Origin: Flavobacterium sp.
GTDB lineage: Bacteria > Bacteroidota > Bacteroidia > Flavobacteriales > Flavobacteriaceae
DNA length: 64,000 nt
Assembly (NCBI RefSeq): GCF_039930565.1
Contig: NZ_JBDTTP010000015.1
Location: forward strand, 97 to 64,096
Direction of reading: 5' to 3'
A program made the translations under genes and the position numbers. The notes below the pieces were generated by a model. It saw nothing but the letters and a program-made list of their open reading frames with translations. It was not told the DNA's origin and did no database searches. Every line of letters begins with the position of its first letter. Within the stretch, counting starts at the first letter, position 1. Positions 9,866-20,510 of the stretch are shown in pieces.

Positions 9866-10379
9866 ATGCTGCTTTTTCAAAAGCTATAAAATGGGATAGT
9901 TGACCTTTCATGTTAAAGACGGGGACACCGTGAATAATACAATCATAGATTTCACCATTTTTTTTATAATTCAATATTGTCTTTTCAAAAGGAATTTGTT
10001 TTTCGATTGCTGTTCTGATTTCCTGCAGAACCAAAGCTGAAGTCATTGGTCCCTGAAAAATTTTTGGCAATTTCCCCAGAATCTCATTTTCTGTATAACC
10101 TGTCATCTTGGAAATGCCTTCAGATGCAAAAATTATTTTTTGCTCGCTATTTGTAATTACGACAACTTCGTTCATTAAACGTTGCTTAATATCAAGACCG
10201 ATTTCATTCCATTTAAATTTTGTTGAAATACGTTTGATTTTTTTTATGTCCAAAGAAAATGTTTTTAATTCATTTATAGATTCATAATGAAAATCCCAAC
10301 AAAGTAGCGGCACTGGGCTACTATTTAAATTTGAATCAAATTCGGAAAAAAACTCACTATAATAATTTACAGATTCCAT
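9864..10379 (-). CDS. Stand-alone PAS (LOV-like) domain protein
   Basis: IIFASEG..KMTGY.ENEILGK.PKIFQG...NYKKNG PAS pattern; no output domain. Confidence 0.8.
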   Translation of the reverse strand: MESVNYYSEFFSEFDSNLNSSPVPLLCWDFHYESINELKTFSLDIKKIKRISTKFKWNEIGLDIKQRLMNEVVVITNSEQKIIFASEGISKMTGYTENEILGKLPKIFQGPMTSALVLQEIRTAIEKQIPFEKTILNYKKNGEIYDCIIHGVPVFNMKGQLSHFIAFEKAA

Positions 10380-10456
10380 AAGAATGATTTGTTCAAAGTT
10401 AATGAGAAATTTATAAACAAAACTTAAATTTTAGAATTTAACTCTTGTTTAATCTA

Positions 10457-11539
10457 TCAAAAATCAAATTTCAACTGAACAACAACAGCTTTCTTCTCTT
10501 CCGTATTGAGGTTGTTTAAAGAAATCCCTAATAAACGAACAGAATCTTTCATCCGTTCCTGATACAATAATTCTTCTACCGTCTCAAGAATCAAACTTTT
10601 GTCTGAGATAAAATATGGTAGTGTTTTGCTTCTTGTTTGTTGTGTAAAATCGCTGTATTTAATTTTAAGCGTTACCGTTTTCCCGGATATATTGTGCTTC
10701 CTTAACCTTTTTTCTAGTGAAACTGCAATTTTTTCAAGCTGTTCCAACATGAAGATTTCGGATGTTAGATTAACATCAAAGGTATGCTCTGAAGCTACAG
10801 ATTTTGTATTTCGGGAAGGTTTTACTTCACTGTTATGAATTCCCCTGACAACGTGAAAATAAAATTTGCCGGACTTTCCAAAATGCTTCTCTAAAAACTC
10901 TTCTGATTTTGTTTTTAAATCCGCTCCGGTAAAAATGCCCAATTGATACATTTTTTCGGTCGTTACTTTTCCAACTCCATAAAATTTCCGAATGGGCAAT
11001 TCTTCTAAAAAAGGAATTACCTCATCCGGATTAACAGTTTTCTGACCATTTGGTTTATTATAATCACTCGCAATTTTGGCGACAAATTTATTTACCGAAA
11101 TTCCGGCCGATGCAGTAATTCCAACTTCATTCAAAATTCGCAACCTGATTTCCTGAGCCAACAAAGAGGCACTCGGATTTCCTTTTTTATTTTGAGTTAC
11201 ATCAAGATAGGCTTCGTCAAGTGAAAGGGGTTCGACCATATCTGTATATTCATGGAAAATTTTATGAATCTTAGATGAAATTTCTTTGTAACGATCAAAA
11301 CGAGGGCGAACGAAAATAATTTCCGGACAATATTTTTTTGCCAAAACGCCGCTAATGGCACTACGAACGCCAAACTTCCTGGCTTCATAACTTGCTGCCG
11401 CAACAACTCCCCTGTTTTCTGATCCGCCAACTGCTATAGCTTTACCCCGTAAAGCAGGATTATCCATTTGCTCTACCGAAGCATAAAAAGCATCCATATC
11501 AATATGGATTATTTTTCGATAAATTGGTGTTTCAGACAT
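10457..11539 (-). CDS. dinB: DNA polymerase IV
   Basis: IIHIDMDAFYASVE, SYEARKFGVRSA, EPLSLDEAYLD. Confidence 0.97.
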   Translation of the reverse strand: MSETPIYRKIIHIDMDAFYASVEQMDNPALRGKAIAVGGSENRGVVAAASYEARKFGVRSAISGVLAKKYCPEIIFVRPRFDRYKEISSKIHKIFHEYTDMVEPLSLDEAYLDVTQNKKGNPSASLLAQEIRLRILNEVGITASAGISVNKFVAKIASDYNKPNGQKTVNPDEVIPFLEELPIRKFYGVGKVTTEKMYQLGIFTGADLKTKSEEFLEKHFGKSGKFYFHVVRGIHNSEVKPSRNTKSVASEHTFDVNLTSEIFMLEQLEKIAVSLEKRLRKHNISGKTVTLKIKYSDFTQQTRSKTLPYFISDKSLILETVEELLYQERMKDSVRLLGISLNNLNTEEKKAVVVQLKFDF

Positions 11540-11753
11540 GATACAAATTTAGAGAAGAACAGATAAAAAGAGCTATCTAAATGGATCAATATCTTTTATA
11601 AAAATGAATTTTATTTTTATAAACCAGATCTCTAAAACCCGAAAAACTCATGGGTCAATATCATTTGTTTTCTTTTAAAGCTTTTTTCTTATAAAACTAA
11701 AACCATAACTGTCTTTTGTTCGTACATCATTAATAACCAAAACTTATCATATT

Positions 11754-13277
11754 ATGAACAAAACAACTTTAAACAATCGTCTTGCTTCGTTTTTACTTTT
11801 AGGAACACTAGCACTGACTGCTTTTTCCTGCAATAATGACGATAATGATTTAGGAAATATGTCACCGGCAGCACCGGATGTAAATTTTACCGCATTAACA
11901 AACAGCAATAGTATTGTAAAGTATAATGCCAAAAATGTAGCAACACCTATTTCAACAACAGCCATTACAGGTTTGCCAAGCGGTGAGAAAATCGTAAGTA
12001 TCGATTACAGACCTGCAACAGGGCAATTGTATGCATTAGGAACTTCGAGCCGTCTTTATTTTATTAACGAACAATCGGGCTTGGCAACGGCATTAGGAAG
12101 TACTTCTTTTACACCAGCCTTAAGCGGAACTACTGCTACTATAAATTTTAATCCTACCGTGGATAGAATTCGTTTGGTAACACCATCAGGGCAAAATCTG
12201 AGATTGCATCCTGAATTAGGGACTGTTGCAGCAACAGATGGTACAATAAATGGAGGAACAACTCCAAGCATCGGGGCAGTGGCTTACACCAATAGTGTTG
12301 CGGGTGCTACAACTACACAACTTTTTGATATTGATTTTGCGCAAGATAAATTATACCTTCAAAACCCACCAAATAATGGAACCATTGAGGAAGTAGGTCC
12401 TTTGACAGTTGATTTTGCAGGAGTTGGAAATTTCGATATTCTTCCTGATAACAGCGCTGCATTAGCTGTTACCTACAATAACAATATATCTAATTTATAT
12501 ACAGTTAATTTAACAACTGGAAAAGCAGAAAAATTAGGTGTTTTTGGATTAGCAGTTATTGGAATTGCATTTAAAACTAATCCTGTTGCCTACGCAGCTT
12601 CATCTGATAATAAATTATACCGTTTTGACCCGACTAATCCAACCATGAATTCTGTGAATTTTGTTGGTCTTTTGGACAGTGAAACTATAATTGGATTGGA
12701 TTTTAGACCTGCAACGGGAACACTTTATGCAATAACAAACCAAAATAGGTTGTTGACTATAAACACTGCCAGCGGTCAAGTTACAGCAGTTGGTACGCCT
12801 TTGACAACTGCATTATCCGGAACCTCAATTGGGTTTGATTTTAATCCAATGGCAGATAGAATAAGACTAGTAACCAATACCGGGGAAAACTTAAGATTGC
12901 ATCCCGATTTAGGTACTGTGGCGGGAACAGATACCACTTTAAGTCCAGGGACGCCAGCTGTTAGCGGTGCTGCTTATACCAATAACTTTGTAACTACAGC
13001 TACGACCAATTTATTTGTTATCGACTACACTACCAATATGCTTTACAACCAAACTCCACCTAATAATGGTACTTTAATTCCTGTAGGTGCTTTAGGAATA
13101 GATGTGGATGCTGAAAATGGTTTTGACATTGGAGGCAGTTCAAATACTGCTTTTGCTTTGTTTAAAGTAGGGGGAATGACATCCGTATACTCTGTGAATT
13201 TGACAACTGGAGCGGCTACAAAAATTAAGGATTTTAATATTTCAGCGACTGCTATGGCGGTTGGTTTAGGATTTTAA
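11754..13277 (+). CDS. Surface lipoprotein with two DUF4394-like domains
   Basis: Lipobox AFSC followed by acidic NNDDND; internal duplication of DxRPATG.LY, FNP..DRIRLV, GxNLRLHP, AYTN, NPPNNGT. Confidence 0.8.
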   Translation: MNKTTLNNRLASFLLLGTLALTAFSCNNDDNDLGNMSPAAPDVNFTALTNSNSIVKYNAKNVATPISTTAITGLPSGEKIVSIDYRPATGQLYALGTSSRLYFINEQSGLATALGSTSFTPALSGTTATINFNPTVDRIRLVTPSGQNLRLHPELGTVAATDGTINGGTTPSIGAVAYTNSVAGATTTQLFDIDFAQDKLYLQNPPNNGTIEEVGPLTVDFAGVGNFDILPDNSAALAVTYNNNISNLYTVNLTTGKAEKLGVFGLAVIGIAFKTNPVAYAASSDNKLYRFDPTNPTMNSVNFVGLLDSETIIGLDFRPATGTLYAITNQNRLLTINTASGQVTAVGTPLTTALSGTSIGFDFNPMADRIRLVTNTGENLRLHPDLGTVAGTDTTLSPGTPAVSGAAYTNNFVTTATTNLFVIDYTTNMLYNQTPPNNGTLIPVGALGIDVDAENGFDIGGSSNTAFALFKVGGMTSVYSVNLTTGAATKIKDFNISATAMAVGLGF

Positions 13278-13299
13278 ACTAAAGATTATTTTTTTAGTT

Positions 13300-13338
13300 A
13301 AAACCCAACCAGGATTTGAAAATCCTGGTTGGGTTTTT
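13300..13338. terminator. Bidirectional terminator
   Basis: Perfect AAAACCCAACCAGGATT/AATCCTGGTTGGGTTTT stem between convergent genes. Confidence 0.85.
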
Positions 13339-13345
13339 AATTTTA

Positions 13346-16300
13346 CTACACGCCCAACATCTCCATCAATTCCAAAGCTCGTTTGGTGGATTTTACATTC
13401 TCAAAAGTCAATAAAAGTCGCAAGCCGTTTGGCGTTTGTTTTTCTTTCATTTGGCAAAGTGAGCTGTATTTTTGTACAAACTGCAACACCTTTCTGAACT
13501 TTGAAGACTGGTAATAATCAGACTGCTGATCCGAAACAAAATAACCAATCATTTTGCCTTTTTTCATCACCAGTTTTTCGATTCCGATGTTGGTTGCGAT
13601 CCATTTGATACGAATGCTGTTCATAAGGGCATTGGCGCGCGGAGGCATCGGGCCGAAACGGTCGATCAATTTGTTTTGAAAGATGATCAATTCCTCTTCG
13701 TTTTTTACCGAGCCCAATTCGTTGTACAAACTCAAACGTTCCGTGACATTATTGATATATTCATCAGAAAATAATAATTCAAAGTCGGTATCGATTTGTA
13801 AATCTTTGACGTATTCCTTCGTTTCAATATCATTCTCTTCCGGATATAAATCTTTGAATTCATTTTCTTTTAATTCCTCGATGGCTTCGTTCATGATTTT
13901 TTGGTAGGTATCAAAACCAATTTCATTGATGAAACCGCTTTGTTCGCCGCCCAATAAATCTCCTGCACCACGAATCTCCAAATCTTTCATAGCAATGTTA
14001 AAACCACTTCCGAGTTCGCTGAATTGCTCCAAAGCCTGAATACGTTTTCTGGCATCTTCGGTCATGGAAGAATACGGCGGACAGATGAAATAACAGAACG
14101 CTTTTTTGTTGCTTCGACCAACACGTCCCCGCATTTGATGCAGATCTGATAGTCCGAAATTATTGGCATTATTGATAAAAATCGTGTTGGCATTTGGTAC
14201 ATCCAAACCGCTTTCAATAATGGTGGTGGCTACCAAAACATCAAAATCCCCGTTCATGAAAGCTAACATCAATTCTTCGAGTTTGGCTCCTTCCATTTGT
14301 CCATGACCAATTCCGACTCTCGCATTCGGAACCAAACGCTGAATCATACCAGCTACTTCTTTGATGTTTTCTATTCGGTTATTGATGAAGAAAACTTGTC
14401 CGTTTCGTTGAATTTCATACGAAATCGCATCACGAATAATTTCCTCGTTAAAACCTACCACATTTGTTTCAATAGGATAACGATTTGGCGGAGGCGTTGT
14501 TATTACAGACAAATCGCGCGCAGCCATTAATGAAAACTGAAGCGTTCTCGGAATTGGCGTTGCGGTTAAGGTCAGTGTATCGACATTAGCGGCAATCGTT
14601 TTTAATTTATCCTTTACGTTCACTCCAAACTTTTGTTCCTCATCAACAATCAATAAACCAAGGTCTTTAAAAACGACATTTTTATTGACCAATTGATGCG
14701 TTCCGATGACAATGTCGAGTTTTCCTTCGGCTAAATCTTTTAAAGTCTGTGCTTTTTGTTTGGCGGTTCTGAATCGGTTTAAATAACCGACAGAAACCGG
14801 CATATCTTTCAATCGTTCTGTAAAAGTTCGATAATGCTGATAAGCCAAAATCGTGGTCGGAACCAAAATCGCAACTTGTTTGCTATTGTCAACGGCCTTA
14901 AAAGCAGCACGAATGGCAACTTCTGTTTTTCCAAAACCAACGTCGCCACAAACCAAACGATCCATTGGGCGATCGCTTTCCATGTCGGCCTTTACTTCCT
15001 GTGTTGATTTGGTCTGATCCGGGGTATCTTCATAAATAAACGAGCTTTCTAATTCATTTTGAAGATAACTGTCAGGCGCAAACGCAAACCCTTTTTCCAA
15101 TCTTCGTTTGGCATACAACTGAATCAAATTGAAGGCAATATGTTTTACGCGTGCTTTGGTTTTTTGTTTTAAAATCTTCCACGCGTTCGATCCTAATTTA
15201 TAAATTTTAGGCGGTGTTCCGTCTTTTCCGTTGTATTTTGAAATTTTATGAAGCGAGTGAATGCTTACATACACAATATCATTATCAGCATAAACCAATT
15301 TGATAGCTTCCTGAGTTTTGCCTTCCACCTGAATTTTCTGCAAACCGCCAAACTTTCCAATTCCATGATCGATGTGTGTTACATAATCGCCCACCGAAAG
15401 TGAGGTCAATTCTTTAAGCGTAATGTTTTGCTTTTTAGAATAGCCGTTTTTAATGTTGAATTTATGATAACGCTCAAAAATCTGGTGATCTGTATAGGCC
15501 GTTATTTGATTTTCTTCGTCAATAAAACCTTGGTACAAGGGCAACACAACGGTGTGATATTGCTTGCGGATGTTTTCTGAATTGGCTTCGTCCAAACTTT
15601 CAAAAATATCATGAAACCGTTTGGCCTGAGCATCATTCGAACAAAACAGATAATTTTTATAGCCGTTAAAATGATTCTCACTTAGATTATTCAGCAACAA
15701 ATCAAACTGTTTATTGAAGGATGGCTGCGGCTGAAAATGAAATTCGAATTTTTTAGTGGTTTTGAAAATTGATTTTGAAGCCAATTCTACTATCGAAAAA
15801 TTTAAAGCTCTTTTGATAAACGAACTCTGATTTAAAAATAATTGTTCCGGAGTAGCGTGTTTTATTTCTCCCGAAAGTTTCTCAAAAGCTTCTTCGGCCC
15901 TTGCAAATTGTTTGTCTAACTGACTAAAAAGTCCTTCGGTATTCTGAATAAAAATAACGGTCTTTTCGGCAATATAATCTAAAAAGCTTTCACGGTTTTC
16001 CTGAAAAATTTTGTTTTCGACATTCGGAATAATGGTAATTTTTTTATGTGTTACTAACGATAATTGAGTTTCAACATCAAAGCTTCTGATACTATCTACT
16101 TCATTTCCAAAGAATTCAATTCTATAGGGATGATCATTTGAAAAAGAAAACACATCAACTATTCCTCCACGAACCGAAAATTCTCCAGGTTCTGTAATAA
16201 AATCTACTCTTTTAAATTCATATTCGAATAAAACTTCGTTAATAAAATCAATCGAAATTTTATCGTTGACAGCGACTTTTAAAGTGTTATTATCAAGTTG

Positions 16301-16711
16301 CTGACGTGTAACGACTTTTTCAAAAAGCGCTTCAGGATAGGTGACAATTATGGCTGGTTTTTTACGGGAATTAATCCTGTTTAATACCTCAGCACGAAGC
16401 AAAACATTGGCATTATCTGTTTCATCAACCTGATAAGGACGACGAAATGAAGCAGGATAAAACAGAACATCCTGCTCACCGATCATTTGTTCGAGGTCAT
16501 TCAAATAATAAGCAGCTTCTTCCTTGTTATCTAAGACAACTAAAAAAGGCAATTCGGTTTTTTTGAAAACAGCACGAATTATAAACGAAACTGCTGAACC
16601 CAATAATCCGCTAAGATGCATTTTTACCTGATTCTGATCTAGTAATTGTGTGGCAATCTGCTGTGTTTTAGGCAGATTGTCATACGTAGTATATAAGGCG
16701 TTTTTACTCAA
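13346..16711 (-). CDS. mfd: Transcription-repair coupling factor
   Basis: GEFSVRGGIVD, CarD-like HIDHGIG, DRLVCGDVGFGKTE, DEEQ, TATPIPRTL, QMRGRVGRS, TRG motif DLEIRGAG. Confidence 0.98.
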   Translation of the reverse strand: MSKNALYTTYDNLPKTQQIATQLLDQNQVKMHLSGLLGSAVSFIIRAVFKKTELPFLVVLDNKEEAAYYLNDLEQMIGEQDVLFYPASFRRPYQVDETDNANVLLRAEVLNRINSRKKPAIIVTYPEALFEKVVTRQQLDNNTLKVAVNDKISIDFINEVLFEYEFKRVDFITEPGEFSVRGGIVDVFSFSNDHPYRIEFFGNEVDSIRSFDVETQLSLVTHKKITIIPNVENKIFQENRESFLDYIAEKTVIFIQNTEGLFSQLDKQFARAEEAFEKLSGEIKHATPEQLFLNQSSFIKRALNFSIVELASKSIFKTTKKFEFHFQPQPSFNKQFDLLLNNLSENHFNGYKNYLFCSNDAQAKRFHDIFESLDEANSENIRKQYHTVVLPLYQGFIDEENQITAYTDHQIFERYHKFNIKNGYSKKQNITLKELTSLSVGDYVTHIDHGIGKFGGLQKIQVEGKTQEAIKLVYADNDIVYVSIHSLHKISKYNGKDGTPPKIYKLGSNAWKILKQKTKARVKHIAFNLIQLYAKRRLEKGFAFAPDSYLQNELESSFIYEDTPDQTKSTQEVKADMESDRPMDRLVCGDVGFGKTEVAIRAAFKAVDNSKQVAILVPTTILAYQHYRTFTERLKDMPVSVGYLNRFRTAKQKAQTLKDLAEGKLDIVIGTHQLVNKNVVFKDLGLLIVDEEQKFGVNVKDKLKTIAANVDTLTLTATPIPRTLQFSLMAARDLSVITTPPPNRYPIETNVVGFNEEIIRDAISYEIQRNGQVFFINNRIENIKEVAGMIQRLVPNARVGIGHGQMEGAKLEELMLAFMNGDFDVLVATTIIESGLDVPNANTIFINNANNFGLSDLHQMRGRVGRSNKKAFCYFICPPYSSMTEDARKRIQALEQFSELGSGFNIAMKDLEIRGAGDLLGGEQSGFINEIGFDTYQKIMNEAIEELKENEFKDLYPEENDIETKEYVKDLQIDTDFELLFSDEYINNVTERLSLYNELGSVKNEEELIIFQNKLIDRFGPMPPRANALMNSIRIKWIATNIGIEKLVMKKGKMIGYFVSDQQSDYYQSSKFRKVLQFVQKYSSLCQMKEKQTPNGLRLLLTFENVKSTKRALELMEMLGV

Positions 16712-17330
16712 TTTTTGTTAAATTTTGATCTATATTTCGTGCCGGAACCGGCGCTAAGGCTGCATTTGGGATTGCACGTGTTGTATCTAACATTCTGAGA
16801 AAATCTTCTTCTCCCTGCTCTTTTGGAATTTTACTTTTCTCGATAATTTTGTCCATTTGTCTTTGTAAAGAAACCAATTCTTTATTTATTTCGCCAATCA
16901 AAAAGGTTACTTTTTCATCCGGGATTCTATCTAAGTGAATAAACAAATCCATCATTTTTACTTTAGTAATTAAAATTGAGATTCGGCTTTTTATATTTGG
17001 CTGATTGAATTGTGCCGGAATATTATTATTTAATGCCACTGCCTTTTTAGCAATTGCTAAAGATTTTTTTTGAAAAGCACCAATTGTTTTTCTCGGTTTT
17101 CCGCCCAGTTCTTTTAAAAAATCCCCCCATTCCTTCCAATCCTTGACATTTTTTTCTGAAATTTCATTAATAGGCTCATCAATAAACGACCATCCTTTAT
17201 TTATATTATTAAAAATGATTTCTTTCTTTTTAGCTTCTTTAATATTTTCTGCAAGGCGTTTTTCATTTTGATCCTGACATGAATTCAGCACAAAAATTAA
17301 AAGTAGAAAAAGAGATGTTTTGTATTTCAT
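16704..17330 (-). CDS. Hypothetical lipoprotein coupled to mfd
   Basis: MKYK signal with lipobox LNSC; stop overlaps mfd start; TAACTTTG -7 element upstream on the minus strand. Confidence 0.7.
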   Translation of the reverse strand: MKYKTSLFLLLIFVLNSCQDQNEKRLAENIKEAKKKEIIFNNINKGWSFIDEPINEISEKNVKDWKEWGDFLKELGGKPRKTIGAFQKKSLAIAKKAVALNNNIPAQFNQPNIKSRISILITKVKMMDLFIHLDRIPDEKVTFLIGEINKELVSLQRQMDKIIEKSKIPKEQGEEDFLRMLDTTRAIPNAALAPVPARNIDQNLTKIE

Positions 17331-17533
17331 CAGGTACAACATTAAGCTACAAAGTTACAAGTAAATTTACAATTATGAATTTTGATTTACAATGATTTTA
17401 TGGGGATCCTAGAAAATTTTTTGAAAACGAATTAGACAAAAAAAATATTATTTGTTGTTAAATTCATAATTTAACATTCTTAAAAGTATGATTATTTACG
17501 AATACATTATATTTGTTCTTTAAATATATTCAA

Positions 17534-18472
17534 ATGACTCCAAAAATATTAATCATTGGCGCTTGTGGTCAAATTGGGACAGAACTGACACAGAAACTGC
17601 GTAAGCTGTACGGAACAGAAAATGTTATTGCTTCTGACATTCGAAAATTAAATACTGATGTGGTGAATTCAGGTCCGTTTGAAGTGGTCAATGCATTAGA
17701 TTTTAACCAAATTGAGCATCTTGTTGAAATACACCAAATTACAGATGTCTATTTAATGGCCGCACTTTTATCGGCTACAGCAGAAAAAAATCCTGCCTTT
17801 GCCTGGGATCTGAATATGAATTCTTTATTCCACGTTTTGAATCTGGCAAAAGCAAAAAAAATAAAAAAGATTTTCTGGCCATCGAGTATCGCTGTTTTTG
17901 GACCTACAACTCCCAAAGAAAATACACCGCAATACACCATTATGGAACCTTCGACCGTTTACGGAATCAGTAAACAAGCGGGAGAAAGATGGTGTGAATA
18001 TTACCATAACATTTACGGAGTTGACGTTCGCAGTATCCGTTATCCAGGCCTAATCAGCTGGTCGACTCCTCCTGGTGGCGGAACCACAGATTATGCTGTT
18101 GACATTTTTCATAAGGCTATTGCCGATAAAAAATACGAGTGCTTTTTATCATCAGAAACTAAAATGCCGATGATGTATATGGATGATGCGATTGATGCTA
18201 CAATCAACATCATGAAAGCTCCAACTGAACAAATCAAAATTCACTCTTCGTATAACTTAGCTGCAATGAGTTTTACGCCAACCGAAATTGCAGCCGAAAT
18301 CAAAAAGCATATTCCGGAATTTGAAATTACTTACAATCCTGATTTCCGTCAGAAAATTGCGGACAGCTGGCCTGCCAGCATTGACGATGCTGATGCCAGA
18401 AAAGACTGGGGATGGCAACATACTTTTAATTTGGAATCGATGACGAAGGATATGCTGGAGCATTTGGGCTAA
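17534..18472 (+). CDS. SDR/epimerase-type L-threonine 3-dehydrogenase
   Basis: GACGQIG Rossmann motif, YGISK, RYPGLIS, PGGGTTDYAV signature; TATATTTG -7 element at 17508-17515. Confidence 0.88.
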   Translation: MTPKILIIGACGQIGTELTQKLRKLYGTENVIASDIRKLNTDVVNSGPFEVVNALDFNQIEHLVEIHQITDVYLMAALLSATAEKNPAFAWDLNMNSLFHVLNLAKAKKIKKIFWPSSIAVFGPTTPKENTPQYTIMEPSTVYGISKQAGERWCEYYHNIYGVDVRSIRYPGLISWSTPPGGGTTDYAVDIFHKAIADKKYECFLSSETKMPMMYMDDAIDATINIMKAPTEQIKIHSSYNLAAMSFTPTEIAAEIKKHIPEFEITYNPDFRQKIADSWPASIDDADARKDWGWQHTFNLESMTKDMLEHLG

Positions 18473-18491
18473 AACAAAATTTATTAAACAC

Positions 18492-18528
18492 AAAAAGGTC
18501 CCGTTTAGAATGTAAACGGGACCTTTTT
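18492..18528. terminator. Bidirectional terminator
   Basis: AAAAAGGTCCCGTTTA/TAAACGGGACCTTTTT perfect stem. Confidence 0.85.
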
Positions 18529-18545
18529 ATTACTTTAAATAAGGG

Positions 18546-20426
18546 TTATTTCACTTCAAAAACATTATTTCCAGCTTTTACATCAGCCATTAAACCGCTT
18601 GAATCAATTGTGATTTTTTTAATCGCTGATTTGTTTTTATCAATTGTAAAACTATAATTTGACTGTGCCCAGGCCCAATCTTGCAAAACAGTTCTTTTTG
18701 TGTCTGGATTAGGATTTGGTTTGATAAAATTCATCATTCGCAAAGGAATGTAAAAACTTTCAGAAGTCCCGTCCGTATATTCAACAGTCAAATCAATTGG
18801 CATTGGCATTCTGCCGAGTCTTTCTAAAGCGACACTTGTTTTACCATTATTATCAGCAACATCTTTAATTCCGTAATCAATTGTGTTTGCTGTTTGAGCC
18901 CAATCAGTCAGATACCAATCCAATTCAGCACCTGAAACTCTTTCAGCCGATCTTTTAATATCGTTGGGTGTTGGGTGTTTGAATTTGAAATCGTTAAAAT
19001 ATCTTTTTAAAGTCGCATCTGTATTTTCTTTTCCAATCACATATTCCAACTGTGATAAAAAGATACTTCCTTTTATATAAGATGAAATACTATACGGTCT
19101 GTTTTCGTCGTAACGATCACCATGCGTTGTTTGTGGCTGTTCTTTTCCCGAATTTACCAAACTGAAGTAAGCTGCATAATTTCCTTTAAAAGGATTCACT
19201 GCTTTTTTATCGCCCTTTAATTCATTCAAAGCAATGTCTTCGATGTACGTTGTAAAACCTTCATCCATCCACGGATGTTTGGATTCATTTGAAGCCAGAA
19301 TATGCTGAAACCAGGAATGACCCAATTCGTGTGTTGCTGTTCCCAAGACACCTTCTAAAGTCCCATTTCCTAAGATTAACGTGCACATTGCATATTCCAT
19401 TCCGCCATCTCCACCCTGAATAAAAGAATATTGTTTATACGGATATTGACCTACTTTCTGGTTGTAAAAATCCATTACTTTAACCATTAAAGGCTGTAAT
19501 TGCTTCCAGTTTTCTGTGGTTTTAGGATTGTTTTTGTAGAAGAAATGCAAATCTACATCGTTTGGCCCTTTTACAATATCATGTGTGTATTCCTTGTCAG
19601 CAGCCCAGGTAAAATCATGGACATTTGGCGCAATAAAATGCCATGTCAAAGTTTTTGCTTTCTTTGGATAAGTAACTGTTACACCTTTATCTTCATAACC
19701 ATGACCAATTTCATTTTTATCCTGTAAATATCCTGAACCTCCAATGGTGTAGTCTTTATCAATAGTAATTTTTACATCAAAATTACCCCAAACCCCGTGA
19801 AATTCTCTTGCAATGTAGGGATCTGCATGCCAGCCTTCAAAATCAAATTCGGCTAATTTTGGATACCATTGCGACATTGATAATGCTACGCCTTCAGAAT
19901 TATTTCTTCCCGAACGACGAATCTGAACCGGAACCTGTCCGTCAAAATCTAAGCTAAAAGTCGATTTAGAATTCGGTAAAATTGGTTTTGACAAAGTTAC
20001 TTCTAAAATAGTCCCGGAAGTTCTGGTTTGAGCCGTTACGCCATCCTGTTTGAAATTGGTGATTTTTAAAAAACCGATTTCATTTGGTTTCAAAGTTTCA
20101 ATTCGGCTTTGTTTTATTTCTTTACCATCAGCACCTTTTACCTTATTAACCATTCTTCCGTCAGGATCTTTTATAAAATGAAGACGCGCATCCATTTCAC
20201 TTCCAGGTTGGAAAGCATTAAAAAATAAGTGATAATATACTTTTTTTAAAGTATCAGAAGAGTTGTTGGAGTAAACCAATTCTTGTTTTCCTTTGTACTG
20301 ATAGCTTTTTATGTCCATTGATACTTCCATTTTATAATCAGCATGCTGTTGCCAATAAGAAGTGTTTTGAGAAAAGGAAATCTGTAAACCAAAGCCAAAA
20401 AAAGAAAGCAGGATAATTTTTTTCAT
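18546..20426 (-). CDS. Secreted M1 family metallo-aminopeptidase
   Basis: Signal peptide; GGMEY and HELGH...WMDEG zinc motif. Confidence 0.92.
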   Translation of the reverse strand: MKKIILLSFFGFGLQISFSQNTSYWQQHADYKMEVSMDIKSYQYKGKQELVYSNNSSDTLKKVYYHLFFNAFQPGSEMDARLHFIKDPDGRMVNKVKGADGKEIKQSRIETLKPNEIGFLKITNFKQDGVTAQTRTSGTILEVTLSKPILPNSKSTFSLDFDGQVPVQIRRSGRNNSEGVALSMSQWYPKLAEFDFEGWHADPYIAREFHGVWGNFDVKITIDKDYTIGGSGYLQDKNEIGHGYEDKGVTVTYPKKAKTLTWHFIAPNVHDFTWAADKEYTHDIVKGPNDVDLHFFYKNNPKTTENWKQLQPLMVKVMDFYNQKVGQYPYKQYSFIQGGDGGMEYAMCTLILGNGTLEGVLGTATHELGHSWFQHILASNESKHPWMDEGFTTYIEDIALNELKGDKKAVNPFKGNYAAYFSLVNSGKEQPQTTHGDRYDENRPYSISSYIKGSIFLSQLEYVIGKENTDATLKRYFNDFKFKHPTPNDIKRSAERVSGAELDWYLTDWAQTANTIDYGIKDVADNNGKTSVALERLGRMPMPIDLTVEYTDGTSESFYIPLRMMNFIKPNPNPDTKRTVLQDWAWAQSNYSFTIDKNKSAIKKITIDSSGLMADVKAGNNVFEVK

Positions 20427-20510
20427 TTGAATTACTGCGGTATTAAAAAATTACAAGTTTACAAAAGAGGCTCTTGTAAACTTGTAATTAAATTATTTAA
20501 AATTTATGTT

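Noticed and set aside
20451-20487. TTACAAGTTTACAA/TTGTAAACTTGTAA inverted repeat as a mobile element end
   Set aside because: A single local hairpin between co-oriented peptidase genes, best explained as a terminator or mRNA stabiliser.
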